Notes under the pieces: generated by a model
The model's input: only the letters and a program-made list of their open reading frames with translations
Database searches by the model: none
Told to the model about the DNA's origin: nothing
Translations under genes and position numbers: made by a program
Source of the DNA: Klebsormidium nitens
Lineage: Eukaryota > Plantae > Klebsormidiophyceae
Direction of reading: 5' to 3'
Assembly: GCA_000708835.1 (NCBI GenBank)
Contig: DF237542.1
Location: 1 to 54,242 of the forward strand
Length of the DNA: 54,242 nucleotides
Part shown: positions 16,847 to 28,516 of the stretch, piece after piece
Numbering within the stretch: the first letter of the stretch is position 1
How the letters are laid out: each line of letters begins with the position of its first letter

Positions 16847-19800
16847 CTAAGACAAGGACTCGAGCGAGACGTACGTCCCTGCCACTGCGCACACGATGCC
16901 GATACCCACCACGAAGTAGTTCCAGTACCGCTCCCCATGCGACAGCGTGGGCCCGAACAGCTTCAGGTACGCCAGCGACGGGAAGATGACGCTCACGGCC
17001 CTGCAGCACGCACAGCACGCGCAGTCAGAGCGGGCACGCCAAGCAACACAGCAACAGCCGCAGAGAAGCTTGGCAGAACCTTTGGTAGATAATCATGGGG
17101 AGCCAGCTGGCGCAAAAAGTTCAGCCAAGCAGTAACACATCAGCAGCGGCTGATCAGCACGAGGACGGACTGGCGGCGGCTGTCCAGGGGAGTGCGGAAC
17201 GACTCACAGCGTGAGGGAGCTCCCGATGAGGGCCATAACGCTGCCAAAGAAGGGCACGCTCGTGGCCAGAAACTGCAAAAACATGCCGAAGATGTCAGCA
17301 TGGCACCAGGACGGGCAAGGTGGAGGCGGTTGTAAGACTGCGCCCTTGGGTGGAGGGGGCGACCGGGACGCTAGGCTCCACAAAATTCATTTTGCACCTC
17401 GAAGGGGCGCAGGGCAGGGCACCCTCGCTTTGGCGACACTGTGAGGGCCGGAGAAAAAATATTTCGCAAGCATGCGGCCGTACAGCTGTTGAAGACATTG
17501 GCAGCCTCCTTGCTGCAGCTCGGCCGTTACCTGAAGCAGGCCGCTGGCACCCCTAGGCAGAGCTCGAAATCATTGCAAAAAAGGCACCAGAGTGAAGGAG
17601 GCCACAGCTTGCCGTTCCCGTGGCTTACCAGCGCTGAGCCGCCGAGTGCAGTGCGCCCCAGTATCCGCGGCAGCGGCAGCAGCAGCGGCTTCTTTGAGGT
17701 GTCGCCTGCCACGGACGGCCCTGCACAACACACCAGCGGGTCAGCCGGGCACGCAAACCGTGCAGAAACAGCCAATGCAAGCAGCTTAAGGTAAGCGCAC
17801 AAGGGGCCACGAGTCAACCCAAGGGCGTGAGCAGAGGCGCACCTGGCTTGGTGAGGCCCAGCAGTCCCTCGAGGCCGCGCGCGACGGGGTCCATGGTCAA
17901 GGCAAACTGCAAGTAGGGGCGGAGCACGTGTGAGGGGCATGGTCAAACGGGGCTCGAGGCTGCCCTGGTTTTGTAGCCTGGTTTAATGCCGAACTTATTC
18001 TGAGAGTGCGACCTTGAGGGTTCCACACAGTGCGCCAGTCTCGGAGGACCAGGGAGCCGGCTGAGCATGAAAGTGATGAGCACGAGAGCCCTTACTCCAC
18101 GCAGCCACACAAACTTGAAGGAGTCGGGCCGATTGCATACCTTGGTGAAGGGGTTAACAACAATGAGCGCGGTGGCCAGCATGGCGAGCGCGCCAGAGGG
18201 CAGGTTCAGCGTGACCTCCTCCATGACCTCGCTGCCGTACATCTGGTAGCCCACCACGCCAATCAGCGTGCACACCGCACCCACAATCAGGTACCTGCAG
18301 CACCACCACCGCATACCACCGCTCAGCGCGCTAGCTAGTGGTCGAAATGGGGTCGGGCCCAATGCAGGTCCAGCCCATTTCCAACTATTCAGTGTCCGTT
18401 TGAGGGAATGCTGATTGGACAAGACGGGTGCAGTAACCAGGAAACGACAACCACCATCATGGAGGCCACACTTTCAAGAATGAAGACGAAAACAGGGTTG
18501 GAGCCATTCGAGCCAGTCCACTCACGTGACGTCCAGCATCTTGGGGTACAGCTCCGGCTCCTTCATGCTGGCCTTGATGTTTGGGAAGACCGCGTGGCCC
18601 GCGTACACAAATGCGAGCAGGCCGAACGTGAGCGGGAAGGTCTGCAGGTTCAGCAGCTGCGTCCCAGGGCCCGCAGGGAAGCTGCATGCAGCAGGGGGGG
18701 GATCAGAGAGCAGAACCTGCGCAAGAGCAGAGGGGGGAAGGGCGCAAGAAAAAAGATGCACAGATTCTTTATCCAAGGGACCTTGTCAACAGGATGTGGA
18801 TACCAACGGCCCGGTGCACTCACTAGGTCCGCAAAGCTTACCCCTCCTGGCAGTAGGTGGTGAGGATGACTCCCAGCACGCTCAGCGATGCAGCCGCGCC
18901 CAGCGCCCCCAGGCCCGCGAGAGCGCTCAAGTCCGGCAGCCACGTGGTGGGGATGAGCGCCAGCGCGCTGGCCAGCATGTAGCGGTCCGGCTCCCCGCCA
19001 AACAGGCGCGCCAAGTTATCCCCCTCCAGGATAAAGAACTGCCACCACAGAACCAAGCCAGGGGACTCAGCATACGGACGTGAAGCGCCAGAAGCCGCTG
19101 CCAAAGATCGTTAACCTGGACGCCCGCCCCAAGGTGACCCAGTGTCACATCATATGATGACAGGACATTGATGTTAACTCCTCAGAGCGCGGAAGCAACC
19201 GCCTGAACTCTCTCAAAACTTGGGCAATCCCCCGAGTTCCTCCTCACCAAGCCGCACGTGCCAACGAGTTCAACATAGAGCACGCCCGTGATCACTCTGC
19301 GGCCCCACGCCCCAAACGCCGCATCCCCAATGTCTTCGTAGCTCTGCAGCCCCCGCACGAATCCGCCCTCTTCTGGCGCGGGCCGTGCGTTGAGCAGGCA
19401 GAGGCGCTGCTGGCACTCGCCCAGCACCTTGCCTGCGCACAAGCACACACGGCGGTGTCAACATGAACAATTGCAGCTTTATGCAGGAAGCAAAATGCAT
19501 GTGGAAGAATGTGTGCACATAGGACATGCCATTGCATGGGGCCTTGACTAATGGCCAAGGGCTTGATCCATGCTAACTTCCCCGAGTTCGACAATTCAAC
19601 CCTGCGTTCCACCTCCTCAGGAACCATGTTAACATGCCCACACGCAATCTCTGGCGCCGCTTGCCTGTGTAGTTGGTGATGACCCCCAGCAGGCCCAGCG
19701 TGGCCAGCGCGGCCCAGCCCCCCTCCGCCATGGCAAACGGAATGGACAAAAGGCCCACCCCCAACAAAATGTTCACGGCATTCAGCAGTGCCTGGTTAAA

Positions 19801-20087
19801 AGTGCACCCCGCAGCCGCAACCTCGCCCTCGAGCTCGGAGGCAAGCTCCACTTCAGAGGGAGCGATTGTCATTGAGGAGGGGGCAAACACAGAGGCGGAG
19901 TGCAGGGCGCTAGGGGAGGGAGAAGCAGGGGACACCGGAGCCCTGGGGAGAGGAGGGCTCTTCGAGCTGGAACTCTTTGAGCTGGAGGAGGGCAGGGAGA
20001 GGGCAGGCGGCCGCGCCCCCGCCTCGCTAGGGGGGGAGCTGCTACTACTGCTGGGGCGGGGAGAGGGGCGGCCGCTGACGCACTCCG
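16847..20087 (-). CDS. Amino acid transporter, AAAP/AVT1-like (vacuolar type); 5'-most exon(s) not resolved
   Basis: Exons (minus) 20087-19665, 19432-19248, 19038-18842, 18681-18526, 18294-18141, 17906-17843, 17720-17629, 17272-17208, 17000-16847 are phase-consistent. Motifs: TFNQALLNAVNILLGVGLLSIPFA, SYEDIGDAAFG, ILEGDNL, FVYAGHAVFPNI, NPFTKFALT, VPFFGSVMALIGS. Confidence 0.92.
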
Positions 20088-21732
20088 CTGGGGATGAGGG
20101 AGGGCGGGCGACAGCGGCACGCATGCTCTACAAAATGCAAGAGGCGCAGGAGTCACGCAGGTGCAAGTCAAGAGTCAGGACACAATGTATTCGCTGCTTT
20201 GTCCAACATTGACTGCATCTGCGGCAGTCTACCTAGTTCATGTGCACATACCGTCCTGGAAAGTGGCCATGACGGGTATCCAGCCGCTCAAGAGCGCATG
20301 TGGATTTCTGAGACTAGTGCAAGAAGGTGAGCTTTGCAGCAATTGTATATACATTGAGCATCCTGCACACCACATTCAGCTGAAAGAACTGTTTGACCGG
20401 AATGTGGACTTCGCGCCGCACATTCGCTTCCAACCATATCCTCCAGCAATATCTACTTGTTGCATTGCATGACCCGCAGCTCACCCGTTGTCTGGAAACA
20501 CATTCCTCCGTCAACCCCATGGGTATACTAGTCCCATTGTCTCGGAGCCAGCCATAATCCCCCCTCCTTCTGTGGACTTGCCTATGTACAGAGTCATTTG
20601 TGCTCCCAACTAGACTTAAAGAAGACCTCAGGGTTGCAGCCGCCAACTCCAAGGTTCGGCCCGAGGTGGATGCAATGCAGTCAACATGTGAGGCGCTTTG
20701 CAGCCAGCGTGACTGATGGCTGATGCCCGACATGGCAATGGTGCCCTGTGGCCCCATCATTGCCACTGCCAAGGTACACAGTGTCCGGGCAACTCAAATG
20801 ACGCGCCGCAGCATACACCTAGCAAGTGCGCGTTGTTGGCCCGCTTTCCGTTCCTTTCTCAGCAGGATTGGTCTCCCTTTCTCCGCCCGTCTGGCTGCAT
20901 TCCATGGAGGCCCCACAAAGATGGAGGCTGGCTCTTGGCAACTGCTTCAACAAGAGCTTCAGCTACTGCCATGGCGATGCTGTGAAGCTGTAGCCTGTCC
21001 CCTGCCCAGTCAGGAGCCCCGGCAGTGGCCTGCTGACGGCGCGGCGGCGCTGAGTGACGAGGAGGCCGCCCTGGAGGGGCTGCCAGGGCCGCAGGTGGCG
21101 CCTTCGAACAGCTGCGCAACGAAAAGTGGATAGGGCGACCAAGGAGAGGCCGCAACGTAGCAGAGGAAGGGGGACGTGGCAACATACAGACCTGGAGTTA
21201 CGTCACCGCGACTGCTAACCCGACTTATAGACTAGGTACCTAGGCTAACTGCTGACCAGGCCCGGTGTACCGATAATAGTACCCTACCATTACCGTGACG
21301 AGCGGCAAAGTTGTCCAGGGCAGAGGGATTGCCCTACCCGGCATTTGCAGGTGTTCGGTGTCAGTTGAGCGCTCGAGCCGGCCATTTCCTGAATAGTGAT
21401 TTCCTCTTCTCCTTTTCCAATTGGGACCTGATCGTTGAAGCTTGTGGGATTCTCGGATCATATCTGCCAGAGGTGTTCCAACAACTGGAAGCCAGGGAAG
21501 CTACAATACCGTACGGGACCTTTCGAACTGTTGCTTTGGCGGCGTTTGAATGTTCACCACCCGAATAGATCCACCCTTTTGCTATTTCTGCAAATGCCAA
21601 TGCAACAGTCATTTTCAGGTTGATTGTGACATTCAGTGAAAGAAGTGGCGCCAAGCAGGGTGAGGGGCCAAGGTGAGGGCGCCTACCTGCCACACACCTC
21701 GCCAAGGGGAGGGTCCCGTGTTATAGGGCAGC

Positions 21733-24700
21733 ATGGAGGCGGGGGACTTCCAGAAGCTGGCCGTTAAGCAGTACCCCCCTCGAAGCATCAGGGAAACGGC
21801 AGAAGGGAAATTTTGGAAGTCGTTTGGCTCTCCAGTCCTTACACAGCACGTTGGCCCGGTGTCAACCATCGACTTCAGCCCTGCTGCCCCGTATGATTTT
21901 GCAGTCACCAGCTCCACTAGGGTGAGTCACAGCGGCGGGGTAATGGTGCCCGCACGATGATCTTTGCTATGCTTTTCAGACTGTCAATGCTGGCAGTCTT
22001 TGATTCCTGAGCCAATCCTCGCACGCTGGCTAGCCGCCTTCAAGGAAGGTTCGTTTGGAGCTGCACCGGCGGTCATGCCAGACTGCCCGGGAGAGGTGGT
22101 GGTGGAGCTTCAAGCAGTCCCGAATTTGCATGTCCTGCTTTTCTGTTGTTGATCCATCTGTTTGGAGACCACAGTATGAAGCCGGTTTGTGGTTTGCCGC
22201 CCAGGTCATTCTGTACGACAGTGCGCTCCGGAAGCCCAAGAAGACCATCACCCGCTTCCGGGACATTGCGTACTCCGGGACTTTCCGGCCCGATGGGCAG
22301 CTGGTGGTGGCGGGCGGGGAGACGGGCATAGTGCAGGTCTTTGATCCGGGCAGCCGCGCGGTGCTGCGCCAAATGAAGGGGCACTCCAGGTGCGTCCGTG
22401 CGGCCCGCGCAACGCCAGCACTGGGGCATGCCGGTGGGCCATCAGGAGATCTGTGTGCCTCCTCGTGGCTGCGCATCCTGCTTCACAACTATGTTCAATT
22501 GTTCATCGGGCTACTGTGGAGGCAAGGAAGACCTGCTGCCGCTAAGAGTCTGAGCTAGTTCCCGGTGTGGCGGCACCTTCGCTCACCGTCTGTTGCTCGC
22601 ATGTTGTCCCCTTGCAGAGCGGTCCACTTTGCCCGGTACGCCCCCGACAAGACGCACATTGCCTCCGGTGGGGACGACGCAACGGTGCGGTATTGGGACT
22701 CCCCTGCGCAGGCGCAGCTGCTGTGCTTAGAGGGCCACACCGACTACGTGCGCTGCGGCGCGGTGAGCCCCGCCAATGGGGACATGTGGGCCACCGGCTC
22801 GTACGACCACACACTGCGGCTGTGGGATGTGCGAGCGGGCGCGTCTGTCCTGCGCCTTGATCACGGGCAGCCCATCGAAGCGCTTGCTTTCTTCCCCTCA
22901 GGGGGCCTGCTGGTGTCAGCTGGGGGCAATTACCTAAACGTGTGGGACATCCTCGCAGGTGAGCAGGGGCCTATCCACGCAGTGAAGCGCCAATGCGAAG
23001 GCATCATGTGGCAAGTTACTATGGACTTGCTGCTGCGCCCAGTGCCTCCATGGGTCTGCCTCTGTGCGGCACACCTGGTCTCTTTGCGTGCATCCAACTT
23101 GCTGGGAAGGCCCACTGTGGGGAGTGGCATCCTGTGCAGGCGGGCGGCTGCTGCGGCGCGTGAGCAACCACCAGAAGACCATCACGAGCGTGGCACTGGC
23201 CACCCCCCGTGGGGCCACCTTTGCTGGGGGCGCCGCTGCGCCGCGCCTGCTGTCTGGTTCCCTGGACGGTCACGTCAAGGTGTATGACATCAACGATTTC
23301 AAGGTGCGCCTGACACCGTGTTTGCCCTTTCCTCTCTCCTTGCTTCCCACCGAGTCACAGGCCGAAGTAAGGCTGGTCGTGCCTCTTCCTCGATCGTAAT
23401 ATGTGTCCTGCCCCCGTCTAGCCCAGTCTTTCCCCATGTCATCCTGGAGCGTCCCCCCACCCTTGTGTGCCCCTTGTGTGCAGGTGACCCACGCTTCGCG
23501 CTACCCTGCGCCGGTCCTCAGCCTGGGCGTGTCACCCAACTGCACCACCCTAGCAGTCGGGATGACCAGCGGCCTCCTATCCATCCGCACGCAGGAGGGC
23601 TCGCGGCGTGCCACGGCCGCTCCTGTGGGCCGCGGCGGTCGGGGCATGCTGGGCCTGCGCCCCAAGGCGCGTAAAAGGCAGCGCCAGCAGTTGCAGGTGC
23701 GTCGCAACGGGGCTTCGTGGCAGTGGCCCCCTGCCAGGGTGATCTCGATCCTCGATTCGTGGTAATCCCTCTGTGTCTCGTTGTCGGATAGATTAGTCGG
23801 GGGATGGACAGGGCCAGACGACGAGTTTCCGTTCACGTTTTCCGGCGGTGTCTCTTGGCACGCTGACCGACTGATCCGTTGCCTGCAGCCGGGCACGTAC
23901 CGCTACTTTCTGCGGGGCCAGGCCGAGGACGCCCCCGCCGGTGCCCTCGTGCTGCCGCGTGATCGCGCTCCCCGCCTGGCCGCGCACGACAAGCTGCTGC
24001 GCCGCTTCCAGTACCGTGAGGCCCTGGACGCTGCGCTCCATGGGGGCCGCCCTGAGGTGAGCGCGCACGGCGGCACCTGGAGGGGCCCCGTTTGGCCGAA
24101 CACAGCTGTGACACTTTGGCCCGCGTGATTCATCCCCAACCATCGTGCTACATGACGGCAGACGACCACTACTTTGGGACGCAGCCTGGTGCAGCCCGTT
24201 GCTAGATATAATTTTTATGTTCGCTGTGCTGTCCTTCGGCCCGCTCTCTCCCTTTGGCGCCTCCGCGGACTGAGCCGCCCTGGGTGTGCCTGGCAGGTGG
24301 TGGTGAGCGTGATGGAGGACCTGGTGGCGCGCCACGGCCTCTGCTCCGCGCTGGCGGGCCGGGACGCCGCAGCCCTACAGCCCCTCCTCGCCTTCCTCGT
24401 ACGGTAAGTTGTGGCTTGCGGGTGGCCGCCTTGCACCCTGCCTTGGTGCACTTCGGGGCTGCCTTGTCCGCAGTTGCGGCAACAGCCTTGAGGCGGGCAC
24501 GCCCTCCCAACCTTTGCTGTCTCTCCCCGCACAGCTCGCGGTTTGCTCTGCACTTCGTGGTTACCCCCATTGTCGGTCCTGCTGTGACTTACTGACTGCT
24601 GTGCGGTGGCTGGCAGGTACGCGGTGCACCCGCGGTATGCGCGCCTGCTGCTCCGCGTGGCGCACAAGGTGCTGGACCTGTACGCGCCCACGCTGGGGCG

Positions 24701-25036
24701 GGCCCCCCAGGTCGACACCCAGGTAAGACGCTGCGCGCCTGCCAACTGGCGCACCTGCAGCGGAATCAGGCCGTGGCTGCAGCACCCCCCGCAATCCTGC
24801 TCACTGCTGCGGTCCGTTGGGCCAGGATGGGAAGCCCAGCCACAGAGATGGCTGGGTCGCAGCCAGGATCTGGCTCTGGCCAGGGCCCGCCGTGACTTTT
24901 GAGTGCGTGTGGCTTTGCGCAGATGGAGCTGCTGCGGGAGCGCGTGCTGGTGGAGGTGCGGCTGCAGCAGAGCCTGCACGCGCTGCAAGGACTCCTCCAA
25001 CCCATCATCGCAGCATCCATCTCGGCAGGGACCTGA
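21733..25036 (+). CDS. UTP15: U3 snoRNP/SSU processome WD40 protein UTP15, 9 exons
   Basis: Exons 21733-21921, 22205-22389, 22618-22958, 23140-23303, 23484-23696, 23889-24056, 24297-24403, 24617-24722, 24923-25036. Motifs: FSPAAPYDFAVTSSTRV, FRPDGQLVVAGGETG, GHTDYVRCG, TGSYDHT, NHQKTIT, LSGSLDGHVKV and the UTP15_C region HDKLLRRFQYREALD. Confidence 0.93.
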
Positions 25037-26285
25037 TAGGCGCAAATCGCACTGGCGCCAGCCCAACGGAGTGTCCTCATACCAAGGTGACAGGCGGTCA
25101 CCGTACGTTGAGAGTCGTGCAGGTGTGGTTGGTGACGCTTCTCTCGAGCCTTCTCCGGAGAAGGGTCTCAGGCAAAGGCCCGACGACGGGACAAGACAGA
25201 CAAGAAGACTCGTGATGTATGTGTCTGGTCAATGCCAGTACCACTTCAGTACCAGGCACTTGCGTTCAGTGGTTGGGTGCAAGGCCTGTTTGTCTGTGAG
25301 CGCCTGCGAAGAGTACATGGTGCGATAATATAGGACACTGATGCGGGTTTGTTGGTCGTCGTACTGAGTACAGTCTATCTATGGTGCTAAAGAGCAAGTC
25401 GTCAAGCTTTTAGTATCAGGGCACATGCTTACAAATGACTGGTTGCTGCATACAATCTATAGTCCATCGGGCTTCGAATGGGTCTTGTAACATTTCAAAG
25501 GTTCCCCCCAAATATATGGTCCTTTGATGCTGATTGAATGTTGACATGATTGTTGAATGATTTACGCACGCGAATCTCACAACCGTCCTCACTGGGAGTC
25601 ATTCAAATGTACTTTTGATATCACAACCATGCTTGTAAAACATGCTCGACTGTAGTCATTAGCGAAAACGATCGAGACGGTTCTAGAACATGTGAGTAGC
25701 TTGTGAAGTATGTTACACGGCGACATACACCTGTAGCCGGATTGCACTTTCAAAAGAGAACTGTGCATATATATGACAATTGAACGGTATGGAGCCATGC
25801 TGAACGGCGTCAACCCAAGTATTATTTTCTGTTACTTAGCCTCATGCAAAATTCACAATCAAACCGGATTCACATGGAATGTTAGCAGCTGCACGCTGTC
25901 TATAACCATTTGCACTTGATCCATCGCAGAACTTAGAAGCACATGTCCAAAGGATCGCAATCAGGAGAGAAGTTGGGTTCAAGTTTGGACGGTACAGTCA
26001 GCATTGATGAGAAACTTGGCACACGTTGTTTGTGACGAGAAGGGGATACGAATGCCGAGAATTGCGGGATTTTGTCAATCTATGCAAACAAGAGCTTTTG
26101 TCAAATAGTAGAAACTGTCAGGGCGCACTCCCTCTCCCGATACATCGCCTGAGTGTTGGAAGCACCCATGCACTAAGTGACGAGCAATGGGAACAGAGGT
26201 AGCAATAGACTTCCGAGCTCTCAATTTACTTCAGTCATGCCGGGTAGGCAGACCGGTCCACAAAGGCCGTTGTCTGGATGGCCTC

Positions 26286-27381
26286 TTAACCGCTAGCCTT
26301 ATGTTGTTGCCATAGCACAGCTACAATTGGAGTTCCATAGCCGATGGTCAAGAAGGCTACCATAGCAGTGCCGAATTTCAGCTTCCTGTTCTTCATCTGC
26401 ATAAGGCCAAAAAAGTGTGCTCATGCTCCGCATTCAACATAGAAGTGTACTGCTACGACAATGTCAGACCTGATAGGGAACACAGGGAAGCATAGGACAA
26501 ACTAGGGAGATCTGCGAAGCCTGGAACAAGCTAAAAGCCAATCTGCACCTAGCCATTGCAGACAAGTTAGAGTCCGCCTGCACCTTGTACATACCAAACC
26601 AATCAGAAGGTGGTTATTGAAGCCCTGCTCCAGACACCGAAGGATTGGCTTTGAGCCAGGTTTTGGAAACTGATGCACCAATTTTTCTTGTATCAGCCAG
26701 AACTCATCCATCTCTAACAACTGGTGATCTGGACTTACCTCGGTGATGTTGTACATGTGCTTTGCATGCATATAATCATTCTGCACGAGACGACGCGCAT
26801 AAGTTATGAGTGCTCGTGAGGTGATCGCTCGTTGACATTGAGTTCTCCGGATTCTGAGTACCGCAGCTCATTAATCATGCTTCTCAAAAAAAAAAGCGGA
26901 TCATTCCGTCTTGCACCTGAAAGCAGCAGCCTCCATGTGCAACAAATACTGGATATGGAATGCAGGTGCAGCATGGCAGGAATGGCAAAAAAACGAGCAA
27001 TATGCATTCGGCACCACTATGTATTGCAAACCGATAAGACAATGTCTGAACTGTTGTCTGGTTCTGTCGCTCTGAAGGAAGAAAGAGACACGAAAGACCG
27101 TATGCCTGGAAGGTTACAAGGACTGAATTCAGGCCTCCTCGTGCTCACTGCAGGAATGTGGTGAATCAGTATTGAAGAAGGACGTCCATTGAGCAAAATA
27201 AAACAATTATGAAGATCCTTAGGCAAACACATGTCTGGCTCAGACCTGGTGAACAGCTTACCTCATGTCCATATCCGCCCGATAGTTTAGGGGTTGTGCC
27301 AGTATGGATAGACCTTGCCAGGGGGGTTGTGCGTAAGGCTGCCGCCATGCGCCTTGCTGAGCCAGCTAAAGAACCAGCCAT
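26286..27381 (-). CDS. Small mitochondrial membrane protein, plant cytochrome c oxidase COX-X3/COX7c-like, 3 exons, 90 aa
   Basis: Exons (minus) 27381-27262, 26780-26739, 26396-26286, all phase 0 with GTAAG donors and CAG acceptors. Protein: MAGSLAGSARRMAAALRTTPLARSIHTGTTPKLSGGYGHE-NDYMHAKHMYNITE-MKNRKLKFGTAMVAFLTIGYGTPIVAVLWQQHKASG. It has a presequence, a HAKHMYN motif and one TM helix. The family name is recalled, not searched. Confidence 0.8.
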
Positions 27382-27503
27382 TTTGAAAGGTGCCAGATCT
27401 TAAGCAGCTCCCGGCAACGAATGCTGAACCAAACCCTCCCTACTCTCGAACACCTACCTACGGTACAAAGAGCTGAAGGCAAACTCCCCAGACCTGCGCC
27501 ACT

Positions 27504-28129
27504 NNNNNNNNNNNNNNNNNNNNNNNNNNNNNNNNNNNNNNNNNNNNNNNNNNNNNNNNNNNNNNNNNNNNNNNNNNNNNNNNNNNNNNNNNNNNNNNNN
27601 NNNNNNNNNNNNNNNNNNNNNNNNNNNNNNNNNNNNNNNNNNNNNNNNNNNNNNNNNNNNNNNNNNNNNNNNNNNNNNNNNNNNNNNNNNNNNNNNNNNN
27701 NNNNNNNNNNNNNNNNNNNNNNNNNNNNNNNNNNNNNNNNNNNNNNNNNNNNNNNNNNNNNNNNNNNNNNNNNNNNNNNNNNNNNNNNNNNNNNNNNNNN
27801 NNNNNNNNNNNNNNNNNNNNNNNNNNNNNNNNNNNNNNNNNNNNNNNNNNNNNNNNNNNNNNNNNNNNNNNNNNNNNNNNNNNNNNNNNNNNNNNNNNNN
27901 NNNNNNNNNNNNNNNNNNNNNNNNNNNNNNNNNNNNNNNNNNNNNNNNNNNNNNNNNNNNNNNNNNNNNNNNNNNNNNNNNNNNNNNNNNNNNNNNNNNN
28001 NNNNNNNNNNNNNNNNNNNNNNNNNNNNNNNNNNNNNNNNNNNNNNNNNNNNNNNNNNNNNNNNNNNNNNNNNNNNNNNNNNNNNNNNNNNNNNNNNNNN
28101 NNNNNNNNNNNNNNNNNNNNNNNNNNNNN
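27504..28129. other. Assembly gap (626 N) in the divergent COX7c-like/LTA4H promoter
   Basis: Run of N. Confidence 1.
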
Positions 28130-28516
28130 TAGAAGGCTGCTGCCCTCGACTGCCAGCGAGGTTCGCAGCAAGCGCGTCTCCTAGAAAGCGCCCTGTGCTC
28201 TAATGGCCTTTTCACACTGCACTGGTGCTCCCCGTTCTCTGTTTCTCATGAGTCATGGTCCTGACCGGGTCTCGGACTTGCAGGACCTTTCTTGAGATCA
28301 GACCGGTACACGTGAGTGTGAAGTCTCCGAAATTTAACCACACTGACTCGATCTGTCAAATTGCACGTTCAACTTCACAGTCTGCAGAATCTGATCAGCT
28401 GCCGAAGCTCTCCCTTGAGCCTGAGGTCCGCATTGCATGCCGTCTTCTCTTGTTCTCCTATCGCCCTTGAGCTGCGCAGCAATAATTCCGTCTGTGGTTG
28501 CAAGAGAGTGCCCACG

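Noticed and set aside
20300-21190. Candidate first exons of the amino acid transporter (ORFs 20314-20772 and 20859-21185)
   Set aside because: The donor at ~20484 is phase 0 in the open frame but the next exon needs phase 1, so I could not build a consistent model.
27421-28215. Three long ORFs in the track spanning 27421-28215
   Set aside because: Artefacts of the 626-N gap.
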